Source: Fibrobacter succinogenes subsp. succinogenes S85 (GTDB taxonomy: Bacteria > Fibrobacterota > Fibrobacteria > Fibrobacterales > Fibrobacteraceae). From it: DNA of 32,000 bases. The stretch is from NCBI RefSeq assembly GCF_000146505.1, contig NC_017448.1, positions 540,001 to 572,000 on the forward strand, read 5' to 3'. Below are positions 8,601 through 16,980 of the stretch, piece after piece. The notes under the pieces were generated by a model, which saw only the letters and a list, made by a program, of their open reading frames with translations, did not search any database and was not told the DNA's origin. Position 1 is the first letter of the stretch. Every line of letters begins with the position of its first letter. A program made the translations under genes and the position numbers.

Positions 8601-8828
8601 AAGAACAAAACTATCAAGAAGAATGATGAGTATTTTGAGTATAAAGATGAGTTAGCTAGCAATAATGCAGATGCAGCAAAAAAAGCCATTATTGCCAGCA
8701 ATGCTGCATTAATGGCTTTGGGACTCGGCAGTATATTCGGTGGACCAGTCGTTGCATCAGTCGCTTCTGCTGCAGTTATAGCGACAAGTATCGCAAAAAT
8801 GATATCCAAGATAAATAGCAAAAAATAA
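5682..8828 (+). CDS. Large multidomain NTPase: unknown N-domain + ParA/MinD-like ATPase with a KGGVGR P-loop + second P-loop NTPase module + hydrophobic small-residue-rich C-terminal tail
   Basis: Uninterrupted 1048-codon ORF.
- aa 141-148 KGGVGRTT (nt 6102-6125), a deviant Walker A with Arg in place of the P-loop Lys
- VAIIDCDLEAPG (Walker A'-like)
- AILIDSRTGFND (MinD DSPAG-like switch II)
- second Walker A GRKGTGKT (nt 7236-7259) with LLILYDKLD (Walker B-like) and IFIRTDLF
- C-terminal AIIASNAALMALGLGSIFGGPVVASVASAAVIATSIAKMISKINSKK. Confidence 0.85.
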   Translation: MTFISKYAIALQAFLHSLINEERGEKFKVFIRAGFQIDVFVFLFNHQHHQDIEKKFDNFCKANKDLADLDPIAENDEIQIFFNIYPISELEDSFYSSIVNKPNCIDYGPRYRFDSFYSTSKIDLTKEDQTKIPVITFYSHKGGVGRTTAMASYALHLAKLEKNVAIIDCDLEAPGYLNFFNLSENDEHEELKEGKKNGLVEFLCDSQFLGKNIKIEDYILNVGARNRNSNYHPALDRIWLIPAGNLNEGVTEDNALESPNRQDYIEGLAKLNLGNTQNVIKSFNTLFEHLKTLNVDAILIDSRTGFNDIFGTATLHLSSCVVGFFGLSRQNEPGLINLLAKHVQNENLFKLILAYSILPKNYKEDNILMEAYNRMETFIMNVYDQKNAPTRIPIHRNDDLERIGIGDLAADKKFIDMNTSTDRNIQFSDYTQLFNEIDRNCFPEGLLSSIFGLMADNLKSNKDNRYNSYDLRNIILQHLKKVLDESINSAEEDRINENTFFYRQCMNDLFDKDKFIICGRKGTGKTHLCKSLQNQQISNKIKSNSRQKDNAEFIYANALPDNKDQEVALSIIIRSAFNKDVDYLNLWRIYTWSKLFLDNGNESLSEIRSVVKQQSPLANKYSSINGELDTLEFMELVNDIDSLLHIVEDLYRFDEELAKNNKKLLILYDKLDLYIRPSYWEKAISSLFEYWTHAGSNLHNIAPKIFIRTDLFWQSIQGSITELSPNNIISTEWTIEEIFGYLFKLIFSDQRASSAYWDIAKNFGIDPQYIADTEKAFKTNNNQLKVLSQAEMEPLLQVFFGKDTQGLGKPWDYFKKELSNADYTTNLQLFINILYHNAIDKSLAIAKSNITEIISPAIYTSTEVRAYAAKMLFEKLAEDQFCKNLANFQHAVFFADNGLYRYKSLDTNKFDNLINTVCEQNKFLDFGSTKENLINAIFSNGIMTINNTTKGDIFVFAPLYWYPWGLQEVSFESKNKTIKKNDEYFEYKDELASNNADAAKKAIIASNAALMALGLGSIFGGPVVASVASAAVIATSIAKMISKINSKK

Positions 8829-8885
8829 ATTATTCCAAGTTCATCTTTAAAGAACTAAGTCTTTTTAGAATTACCTAAAGAGATT

Positions 8886-9761
8886 CTAAAATTTCAGCAA
8901 TTTTCTAGGGATAAACAACTTCGGCAGGCGCATCCAAAACCGGGGCGAAAGCGAAATCACCTTCGGAATCAGGCGGAGCGCCTTGAGCTTGCTTTGGGCA
9001 GCAACGGCAGAAAACCAGTTTGCCTTCCAGCAGCGGACCGCTTTTTTATACAACGGGTGCTTGCTGTAGTTTTCCGCCAAGATACGCAAAATTTCGCTAA
9101 AAATGCGGTTATTGTCCACATGCAGATTGTCGCCGTGTTCCCGGTAATAGCAGCACACAAAATCCTTTGAAACCGGTTGCGGGCCATAGTGGTAAAGAAT
9201 GCTCAGATAAAGCGGATAATCTTCAAAATAATACCGCTTATCGTAACCGCCGATAGCAAGAATCTTCTCGCGATCAAACATTTCAGCACAGCCATGCAAT
9301 GCCTTCTGCCCCAGGAAGGATTCTTCAAAAGAAATCTGAGGGACACTCCGCAGGTAGCGAACGTCCATTTCGGAGCCAATCTTATCGCCTTCGTATAGCG
9401 AAACAATCTGCCCAAAACACGATGCGGCTTCCGGGTGCGCATCTAGAAAATCGCTCTGCTTTTTAAGGCGATCCGGTGGCATGATGTCATCAGAAGAAAA
9501 CGAACAGACATAGCGGCCACGCGCAAGAGCAAGAGCTTCTATAAGCGTCGGTACAACGCCCTTATTCGGTCGATGGATGTACGTAAATTTCAGTTCGTCG
9601 GCCAGACGCTTTAGAATTTCTGGGGTACGGTCCTTGCTTCCATCGTCAATGACAATCAGCTCAAAGTCAACTCCAGTCTGTTCCATCACGGAACGCACAG
9701 CAGCTTCGACATACAGCTCATGGTTATAGCTAGGCAAGATTACAGAAACTTTTGGAGTCAT
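8886..9761 (-). CDS. Glycosyltransferase family 2
   Basis: N-terminus VSVILPSYNHELYVEAAVRSVMEQT...ELIVIDDGSKD plus a SSDD (DxD-like) motif. There is a 4-nt overlap (ATGA) with the upstream flippase gene. Confidence 0.85.
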   Translation of the reverse strand: MTPKVSVILPSYNHELYVEAAVRSVMEQTGVDFELIVIDDGSKDRTPEILKRLADELKFTYIHRPNKGVVPTLIEALALARGRYVCSFSSDDIMPPDRLKKQSDFLDAHPEAASCFGQIVSLYEGDKIGSEMDVRYLRSVPQISFEESFLGQKALHGCAEMFDREKILAIGGYDKRYYFEDYPLYLSILYHYGPQPVSKDFVCCYYREHGDNLHVDNNRIFSEILRILAENYSKHPLYKKAVRCWKANWFSAVAAQSKLKALRLIPKVISLSPRFWMRLPKLFIPRKLLKF

Positions 9762-11062
9762 TTTTCACCCCACTTTAAGCGGCTGACGAGAACAAATGAA
9801 GCAACAAGCGTAAGGAAATTTTCAAGAGCATACGCCATCATCGGGCCATTAAACTCATAAAGTTTTACAAAAGCATAAGTCGATAGCGCCAAGACAAGTT
9901 CCGAACAAATTTCAAGCGTCAGGAATTTCTTTGTTTCACGGCGCACAATCAGCACAAGCCCAAGCGCCCAACCGCCCACGCGGAAAAAGTCGCCAAGTAG
10001 CTGTACCGGGAGATAATCGGCGGCCCCCGCATACGATGAAGAAAGCATCACCGCAACAAGGAGCGAACGGCCAAAGTAAAGAATCAATACAGCCACTAGC
10101 GCAAGCAACATCGTCTTAAGGAATATCGGGCGGAACATTCCCCAGAATTCCGATTTCGTCATTTTCGCAGAGACTCGTGGCAAGATTATAACGCCGAGGA
10201 TGGCCGAGAAAAACGCCGTCAAGAAATCCGATATTTTCCAGATTCCCTGCCAAATGCCGGCAGCATCCCACCCTAGATTATCGCCAACAGTCTGTCGCAT
10301 AAACGTGAGCACCACAGGCGACAAGAGCATAGGGACAATTCCCATCAACGCATACGAGAGCCACGGCGCACGGATGTCAAGCGCGCTCTTGCGGATTTCA
10401 CGCAGGCTAAAGCCAGCACGTGACGCTATTTGCGCCGCAAAAATTCCTGCAACTACAGACTGCGTTGCCACAATCGAAAGTACGCTCAGGCGCCCCGAAT
10501 AAAGGAAAAACGCGACCCACAGCATTTGCCATAGCGAAGACACCATGTTGATGAGTGCCCAACGGCGGTAATGCCCAAGCCCGTTCATCACGGATGCAGT
10601 AATCGTAATGATGTTTGTCGCAAAGACGCCCGGCAAGGCAAAGATAATCGCCGCCTGCACAAGACGCGGGTGGATGCCCGGGAAAAACGATTCGAGCGGG
10701 ACCGTAAAGCAGAGAACGAGAGCTACGGCAAACGTGGCAATGCTTGCAAAAGTGGTCAAGCGAAAACCGCCACGCCACACACCCTTCAGTTGTTCCAAGT
10801 TGTCCTTATTCTGAGCACTAAGGCTCACCCAGCCATTCTGGAGCGCAAGCGAAGACGTTGCCTGTCCCATTGTCATAAAGTTCATGAACTGACCAACGCA
10901 CGCAAAAGCACTCGGCGGCAAGAACATGGCCAGAAGCTTATTCACCACAAAAACACGTAAGGCGTTGAGGAACGTCACCATTCCAGAACCCATAAACGCC
11001 TTCCAAAAATTCACAGGCTGAGGATTTGTCTTATTTTCCCTAGAACTCATTAATGGCTCCAA
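9758..11062 (-). CDS. Wzx-type (MOP superfamily) polysaccharide/lipid-linked oligosaccharide flippase, WzxE-like
   Basis: 434-aa polytopic membrane protein. The N-terminal pattern (KLLAMFLPPSAFACVGQFMNF...) resembles WzxE/O-antigen translocases. It sits between a DegT aminotransferase and a GT2 gene and overlaps both. Confidence 0.65.
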   Translation of the reverse strand: MEPLMSSRENKTNPQPVNFWKAFMGSGMVTFLNALRVFVVNKLLAMFLPPSAFACVGQFMNFMTMGQATSSLALQNGWVSLSAQNKDNLEQLKGVWRGGFRLTTFASIATFAVALVLCFTVPLESFFPGIHPRLVQAAIIFALPGVFATNIITITASVMNGLGHYRRWALINMVSSLWQMLWVAFFLYSGRLSVLSIVATQSVVAGIFAAQIASRAGFSLREIRKSALDIRAPWLSYALMGIVPMLLSPVVLTFMRQTVGDNLGWDAAGIWQGIWKISDFLTAFFSAILGVIILPRVSAKMTKSEFWGMFRPIFLKTMLLALVAVLILYFGRSLLVAVMLSSSYAGAADYLPVQLLGDFFRVGGWALGLVLIVRRETKKFLTLEICSELVLALSTYAFVKLYEFNGPMMAYALENFLTLVASFVLVSRLKWGEK

Positions 11063-12158
11063 TCACTTCGGAGACTTCGTCGTCGGTCATCACGGGACTC
11101 ATGGGAATGCTGAGTATCGTCTTTGCCATCGCTTCTGCAATCGGGTACTCACCGCTAAATTCGTGGGCATAAGCCTCTTGCAAATGCGGCGGAATCGGAT
11201 AATGAATAAGCGTCCCTATTCCGTGGGCAGTCAAGAACTTCTGCATTTCGTCGCGAGCTTCTTCGCTCTTTAAGCGAATTACAAACACATGGTAAACATG
11301 TTCCGAAGGCGTTGCAGGAAGTTCGGGCAGAATGACTTTGTCATTTTTAATATCACGGCAATAGCGAGCTGCAATTTCCCGGCGTCGATCATTGCATTCA
11401 TCCAAATGCGGAAGCTTTGCAAGCAAAAGAGCCGCCTGCATTTCGTCCAGGCGAGAGTTCACGCCCTTGTACATGTTCACATATTTTTGTTCGGAGCCAT
11501 AATTGCCCAGGGAACGGACGGCATTTGCAATATCCGTATCGTTCGTCAGGACCATTCCCGCATCGCCAAGCGCCCCCAGATTCTTTGTCGGGTAAAAGCT
11601 GTAAGCGGCAGCCGAGCCAAATGAACCTGCACAACGACCATCGCCAAGTCGCGCCCCATGAGCTTGCGCACTGTCTTCAAACAGCAGCAAGCCATGTTCA
11701 TTGGCAAACTCGCATATTTCATCCATCGCACAGAGGCGCCCGTACAAATGAACTACAAGAATTCCACGAGTGCGCGCCCCACAGGCATCCTTCAAGCGTT
11801 TCGGATCCATGTCATAGCTATTTTCGGCAGGTTCCACAAGCACCGGCTTGAGCCCAACAGCGCTAACAGCAAGGACGGTCGCGATATACGTATTCGACGG
11901 TACCAGGATTTCGTCGCCAGCCCTAAGCCTTCCAAGTTCCATCGAAGCACGCAACATGAGCGTAAGCGCATCAAGCCCATTCCCCACGCCCACTGCGTAT
12001 TTCACACCACAATATTCGGCAAAAGCTCGTTCAAATTGTTCGCCATAATGTCCACGAATGTACCAGCCCGACTCCACGACGGAACTCGCGGCCTCCTTCA
12101 AGGATTCCATGTACGGGGCGTTTAAAAGCTTGAGGTCGAGAAAGGGAACTTTTGCCAT
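11040..12158 (-). CDS. DegT/DnrJ/EryC1/StrS-family PLP-dependent sugar aminotransferase (WecE-like)
   Basis: N-terminus VPFLDLK...ESGWYIRG..GEQFERAFAEYCGVKYAVGVGNGLDALTL, then FEDSAQAHGA and the SFYPTKNLGALGDAG (PLP-Lys) motif. Confidence 0.85.
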   Translation of the reverse strand: MAKVPFLDLKLLNAPYMESLKEAASSVVESGWYIRGHYGEQFERAFAEYCGVKYAVGVGNGLDALTLMLRASMELGRLRAGDEILVPSNTYIATVLAVSAVGLKPVLVEPAENSYDMDPKRLKDACGARTRGILVVHLYGRLCAMDEICEFANEHGLLLFEDSAQAHGARLGDGRCAGSFGSAAAYSFYPTKNLGALGDAGMVLTNDTDIANAVRSLGNYGSEQKYVNMYKGVNSRLDEMQAALLLAKLPHLDECNDRRREIAARYCRDIKNDKVILPELPATPSEHVYHVFVIRLKSEEARDEMQKFLTAHGIGTLIHYPIPPHLQEAYAHEFSGEYPIAEAMAKTILSIPMSPVMTDDEVSEVIGAINEF

Positions 12159-12190
12159 ATTGTTTTCACTGAATAATCTTTTGTCCTAAT

Positions 12191-12223
12191 ATAAAAAAAT
12201 CGGCTCCGATAAAGGAACCGATT
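12191..12223 (-). terminator. Rho-independent terminator downstream of tRNA-Lys
   Basis: On the minus strand: AATCGGTTCC-TTTATC-GGAGCCGATT (10-bp stem including one G-U pair, 6-nt loop), followed directly by a T7 run. Confidence 0.5.
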
Positions 12224-12225
12224 AC

Positions 12226-12298
12226 TGAGCTACGAAGGGCTCGAACCTTCGACCCACGCCTTAAAAGGGCGTTGCTCTACCAACTGAGCTAGTAGCCC
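12226..12298 (-). tRNA. tRNA-Lys (anticodon UUU)
   Basis: The reverse complement reads GGGCTACTAGCTCAGTTGGTAGAGCAACGCCCTTTTAAGGCGTGGGTCGAAGGTTCGAGCCCTTCGTAGCTCA. It has a 7-bp acceptor stem (one G-U), a D-loop AGCTCAGTTGGTAGAGC, an anticodon stem ACGCC/GGCGT with loop CTTTTAA, and a T-arm GAAGG-TTCGAGC-CCTTC. No CCA is encoded. Confidence 0.9.
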
Positions 12299-12309
12299 GA
12301 GCACGAGCA

Positions 12310-12338
12310 AATATATAAAAACTTTTTTGTATTGTAAA
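12310..12338 (-). promoter_or_regulatory. Candidate sigma70-like promoter for tRNA-Lys
   Basis: Minus strand TTTACA-N17-TATATT. The -10 element ends 11 nt upstream of the tRNA 5' end. The promoter rules for this phylum are uncertain. Confidence 0.35.
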
Positions 12339-12426
12339 GGTATTATAATGGGCAATAAACAAAAAAAATAGCCCATTCTGCGAATTTTTAACAATGCGCT
12401 CGCTTGACTTTTTATAAATTTATGCC

Positions 12427-13440
12427 ATGGATTTATTGAAAAAACTATCAGCAATTGCGGCACTCGCTATCGCATGTCCGGCATCAGATTTTGGCTATTT
12501 TTCTCAGCACGATGCAGGGCAAGAAGTTTTTTCGTTCCTCTCGACTTTTGACAGTCCCCGTAATGCGGCGCTTGAGAAATCAGCATCGGCACTCCCCACA
12601 ACGGACCCGACTGTAGTGCAGCTGAACCCGGCTGCGATCCTCATGCCCGAAGGCAAAAAGCGCGTGGCCGAAGCGCACTGGCAAACAGGCGAATTCGCCG
12701 ACAACCAGGGAACGCTCTCGTACACAACGCAATTTGAAAAGTTTATCCTGCAGTTCTCGTACAACTGGATTTCGTACGGAACGATTACTGGCTACGATGA
12801 ATACGGTGATGAAAACGGCAGCGAATACAAGCCGTTCAGCCAGCTTGCAACTTTATCCGTGGCGTACCCGATGAAGCACATCCGCGTGGGTGCAACGATC
12901 AAGTTTGCATCGGACAAGCTCACCGGAGACAACGAAGACCAGACCGCAATGGCAGCAGCATTTGACTGGGGCCTGACCTGGGTTTCCGATTCCAAGAATT
13001 ACGGATTTTCGTTTGTCGCAAGAGACTTCGGTGCCATGCTCCGCGGTTACGTCAAGGAAGACGCAGACGACACCTACCCCTTGTCGCAAACATTTGCAAT
13101 CAGCGGATTTATGAAACCCCGTAGCGTACCGCGTTTGACGTTGTTTGCAGAGACCGACTTTCCTCGTTATGCAGAACCGGACTTGAACCTCGGTGCGGAA
13201 TACGCGCTCGGTGAATTTTTCCGCATCCGCGCTGGCTTTACGCGCACATGGCTTGACATCACCCGCGATATCAAGGAACTGGCCAATTCGTCCAGCAGAC
13301 CGGACGAGACCAATGAAGCCCGCATTTTCAGCCTCGGCCTTGGTTACGCCTCGGACCTGTTCGCCGTGGACTACGCTTTTTCTTACTTAGCCCAGAGCTT
13401 AGGCTTCGAACACAGGCTCGGCCTCCGCGTGGAATTCTAA
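12427..13440 (+). CDS. Outer-membrane beta-barrel protein, PorV/PorQ (UPF0164)-like
   Basis: Signal peptide (LSAIAALAIACPA). N-terminal pattern SPRNAALEKSASAL..DPTVVQLNPAAI resembles the ARa.AlGgA...d....NPAgl signature of PorV/PorQ-type barrels. Strands alternate hydrophobic residues, and the C-terminus is ...LGLRVEF. Confidence 0.45.
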   Translation: MDLLKKLSAIAALAIACPASDFGYFSQHDAGQEVFSFLSTFDSPRNAALEKSASALPTTDPTVVQLNPAAILMPEGKKRVAEAHWQTGEFADNQGTLSYTTQFEKFILQFSYNWISYGTITGYDEYGDENGSEYKPFSQLATLSVAYPMKHIRVGATIKFASDKLTGDNEDQTAMAAAFDWGLTWVSDSKNYGFSFVARDFGAMLRGYVKEDADDTYPLSQTFAISGFMKPRSVPRLTLFAETDFPRYAEPDLNLGAEYALGEFFRIRAGFTRTWLDITRDIKELANSSSRPDETNEARIFSLGLGYASDLFAVDYAFSYLAQSLGFEHRLGLRVEF

Positions 13441-13458
13441 GCATTATCGAGACTTACG

Positions 13459-14253
13459 ATGCGACAGTTTGACGTTTTTGTTTTCAACGAAAACTACGAC
13501 GAGACGCAAGGCAACCTCCCCCAACCGCCATTCACGGATCCAGAACTCGGCTGGTTTTTCACTCGCGACTGGAACAAGCATCTCGATGAAATTGAAGGGG
13601 AATGGGTAGTTTTCGCGCACCCGAGCATCAAGATTGACCGCAACTTTTTGAACAACGTTGCTGAGGTCACAGACTCCTTCCCGATGGTTGATGCTTTTGC
13701 TCCACGCATCCGTACAAACAATGGAAAATTTTTAGGCGGCTACCTGTTAAGACCGTCATCCAAGGGTTCTGGTTTTATTGAAATTGACGAGAACGCACCG
13801 TTGCGTTACGTCGCCGCGCCGCACCCTTATTTGGGGATTTTCTCAAGGCGCATTATCCAGCGTACCGGCGGGTTCGACACAACACTCCCGGAAAATGCAA
13901 GGCTTGCAGACTTTACCCTCCGCATGATGCATGCAGGCGGCAAGATGTTCTCCGTGCCGTATCTCGTAGCTCAAGCAACAGGCGACGGAGCCGAGGCAGT
14001 CACAGGAAACAATCGCAAAGAAAATGCGCACAATCTCGCAGAAATGCGCGCGGGAATGCGCGACCTCAAGTCAATCGCTATTATCTTGTCTAAAGCATTC
14101 GGTGCAGAAGCATCCACGCCATTTGCACTCCACCACCCAAGCGTCATCCCGACACTTCTCCGCAACCGCAAACAGCGCAAAAAAAAGCGCAAAGCGGCAA
14201 CACTCCTTTCCAAGCTCAAAGCGGATTTTTTGAAAGAAGTGACTGCAAAATAA
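13459..14253 (+). CDS. Hypothetical protein, possibly a degenerate GT-A fold glycosyltransferase-like protein, with a basic C-terminal tail
   Basis: Clean ORF in core-like composition. The segment IFSRRIIQRTGGFD resembles the GT2 'f.r..f..vGGFDe' region, but I see no clear DxD. The C-terminus is RNRKQRKKKRKAATLL. Confidence 0.45.
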   Translation: MRQFDVFVFNENYDETQGNLPQPPFTDPELGWFFTRDWNKHLDEIEGEWVVFAHPSIKIDRNFLNNVAEVTDSFPMVDAFAPRIRTNNGKFLGGYLLRPSSKGSGFIEIDENAPLRYVAAPHPYLGIFSRRIIQRTGGFDTTLPENARLADFTLRMMHAGGKMFSVPYLVAQATGDGAEAVTGNNRKENAHNLAEMRAGMRDLKSIAIILSKAFGAEASTPFALHHPSVIPTLLRNRKQRKKKRKAATLLSKLKADFLKEVTAK

Positions 14254-14315
14254 GCGGAAAGATCCAAAAATGTCAAAAAAATCCAAAATCTGAATCCAAA
14301 GCCATCATTACATGC

Positions 14316-14346
14316 AAAAAAAGGACCCCGCCGAGTGGCGAGGTCC
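14316..14346 (-). terminator. Rho-independent terminator downstream of gap, possibly bidirectional
   Basis: GGACCCCGCC-GAGT-GGCGAGGTCC (9/10 bp paired). It is flanked by A7 on the plus strand (T7 on the minus strand) and by AAAAGCTTTTTT on the other side. It lies between convergent genes. Confidence 0.5.
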
Positions 14347-14428
14347 AAAAGCTTTTTTAGCGGAGGTGTGGGAAACAATTTGCTTTTAAGCGGTTACGCC
14401 CACACCACTAACACTAGTTAAACTTTAA

Positions 14429-15472
<1,044 letters not shown>

Positions 15473-15621
15473 TTATTGTTGAAATTGCTACCCGCCTACA
15501 CGGCGGAGCTTTGCTGGCAGGAAAGATACAAAAAATCAGGATATTTGTGTAGTAATAATCTCAAAAAAAGAGAGTAAAACGACCAAAGACCGCCATATGA
15601 GGTCTTACCACGTCTACCCCG

Positions 15622-16389
15622 CTATTTTTCCAAGACTTCAAGGACTAACTTTTCGAGCATTTCGAAGCTCGGGGCGCCGCTCCAGACGCGCTTGATGTAA
15701 CCGTTTGAATCAAGGAGCATGAGCGTCGGAACAGCGTGAATCCCGTAACGGCGCCAGAGTCCCTGGTCCGCATCGCGGTAAAGCGGATACGGGGAGGCAT
15801 GCTGTTTCTTGTAGAACGCAAGGAGCGGCTTGGTCTGTTCAGATGAAATGCCGATGACTTCGAGTCCCTGGCTAGAATACTTGTTGTAGATTTTTTCAAG
15901 CACGGGGAGCGTCTGGCGGCAAGGCCCGCACCAGGTCGCCCAGAAGTCGAGAAGAGTCGCCTTCGGAGCATCCTTTCTCTTTTCGCCGTTCTTGTAGAAG
16001 TTCTTGCCGAATTCAGCCATCTTGCTTCCTATGGCAGACCCGGTGAGGCTAGAAATGTCGTCCGGGCGTTCAGTCAGCGTTACCGTCAGCGGAATACGCT
16101 TGCCATCGCGGAAGATTTCAATCGCCACCTTAGAACCCACTTTTGCAGTTTTCAAAACATCCTGCATCTGAGCGACATTCACCAAGTCCTTGCCACCAAA
16201 ACCGATAACAAGGTCGCCAGAAACGACACCAGCCGCCAAGCAACCCGATTCAGGATGCACGCCAGAAACGCGGAGCGCTAAGTGATTTTGATAGAGATCC
16301 TTTTTATAAATAAGTCCAAGCCACGGCCCCGCAAATGCGGAAACCGAGAAAAGCGAAAGAATACAAATGGCACGAATGATTTTCGACAT
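15622..16389 (-). CDS. Secreted PDZ-domain / TlpA-like thioredoxin-fold thiol:disulfide oxidoreductase
   Basis: Signal peptide, PDZ-like segment (GV.V..V...S.A..AG...GD.I...), then LLDFWATWCGPCRQTLP (CxxC) and a thioredoxin-fold C-terminus. Confidence 0.8.
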   Translation of the reverse strand: MSKIIRAICILSLFSVSAFAGPWLGLIYKKDLYQNHLALRVSGVHPESGCLAAGVVSGDLVIGFGGKDLVNVAQMQDVLKTAKVGSKVAIEIFRDGKRIPLTVTLTERPDDISSLTGSAIGSKMAEFGKNFYKNGEKRKDAPKATLLDFWATWCGPCRQTLPVLEKIYNKYSSQGLEVIGISSEQTKPLLAFYKKQHASPYPLYRDADQGLWRRYGIHAVPTLMLLDSNGYIKRVWSGAPSFEMLEKLVLEVLEK

Positions 16390-16416
16390 TTAATCCACCC
16401 TATATATAATTGCTAT

Positions 16417-16971
16417 TTAAAACAGATAAAAACCGATATTCAAAGCCGCTGAAAAATGGGCTTCGCGGCTGAAGATGTCATCGCTTTTATCCACCAACGC
16501 CTTGCCCATGATGTAGCTTGCATCCAGTTCTATACGGCACAAAAAGCTCGTATTCTTGAAAAAAGTGATATCACGGCCATAGCCAAGCGTCGCGCGCGGC
16601 TGGAAATAGTTCTTGCCGTAACGGTCAAAAGAAATCATCGAAAAGCCGAGGCGAACAAAGTCATCTTCGCGAGTTCCGCGGAAAAAGAATCGCCAATCCG
16701 TGCCGACTTCAAAGTAATCGCCCGAGAACAGGAACGCCGCAAAAAGATCCGCCGAATGGTGCTTATGGAAACGGTGTTCGCTGCTCAGCAAAATTCCCGG
16801 ATGCACGGAACTCAGATAATAGACAAGTTGCAGTTCGCCACCAAACGAGAGCGCCGAAAGAGAATCTGATGCCGGTGCATCTTCGTAGGGTTGCTCGATA
16901 AAGTATCCAGCGAATGACTGGACACAGCTGAGCAAAAGCGCTACGAGGAATATTTTAACACACCGGACCAT
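16417..16971 (-). CDS. Small outer-membrane beta-barrel protein (hypothetical)
   Basis: Signal peptide MVRCVKIFLVALLLSCVQSFA, alternating amphipathic strands, and a C-terminal ...NIGFYLF with a terminal Phe. Confidence 0.45.
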   Translation of the reverse strand: MVRCVKIFLVALLLSCVQSFAGYFIEQPYEDAPASDSLSALSFGGELQLVYYLSSVHPGILLSSEHRFHKHHSADLFAAFLFSGDYFEVGTDWRFFFRGTREDDFVRLGFSMISFDRYGKNYFQPRATLGYGRDITFFKNTSFLCRIELDASYIMGKALVDKSDDIFSREAHFSAALNIGFYLF

Positions 16972-16980
16972 CAGCGTTCA

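Noticed and set aside
4938-8880. Possible direct repeats flanking the AT-rich cassette (CTTTTTTTGTTTAGAA near 4940 and CTTTTTAGAA near 8864)
   Set aside because: The match is only ~10 nt and interrupted, in AT-rich sequence. It is too short and degenerate to call an att site or target-site duplication.
14365-14406. 8-bp perfect stem (GGTGTGGG ... CCCACACC) with a ~26-nt loop in the gap 3' region
   Set aside because: This is a single long-loop pairing without a T-run and without conservation evidence. That is not enough to call an RNA element.
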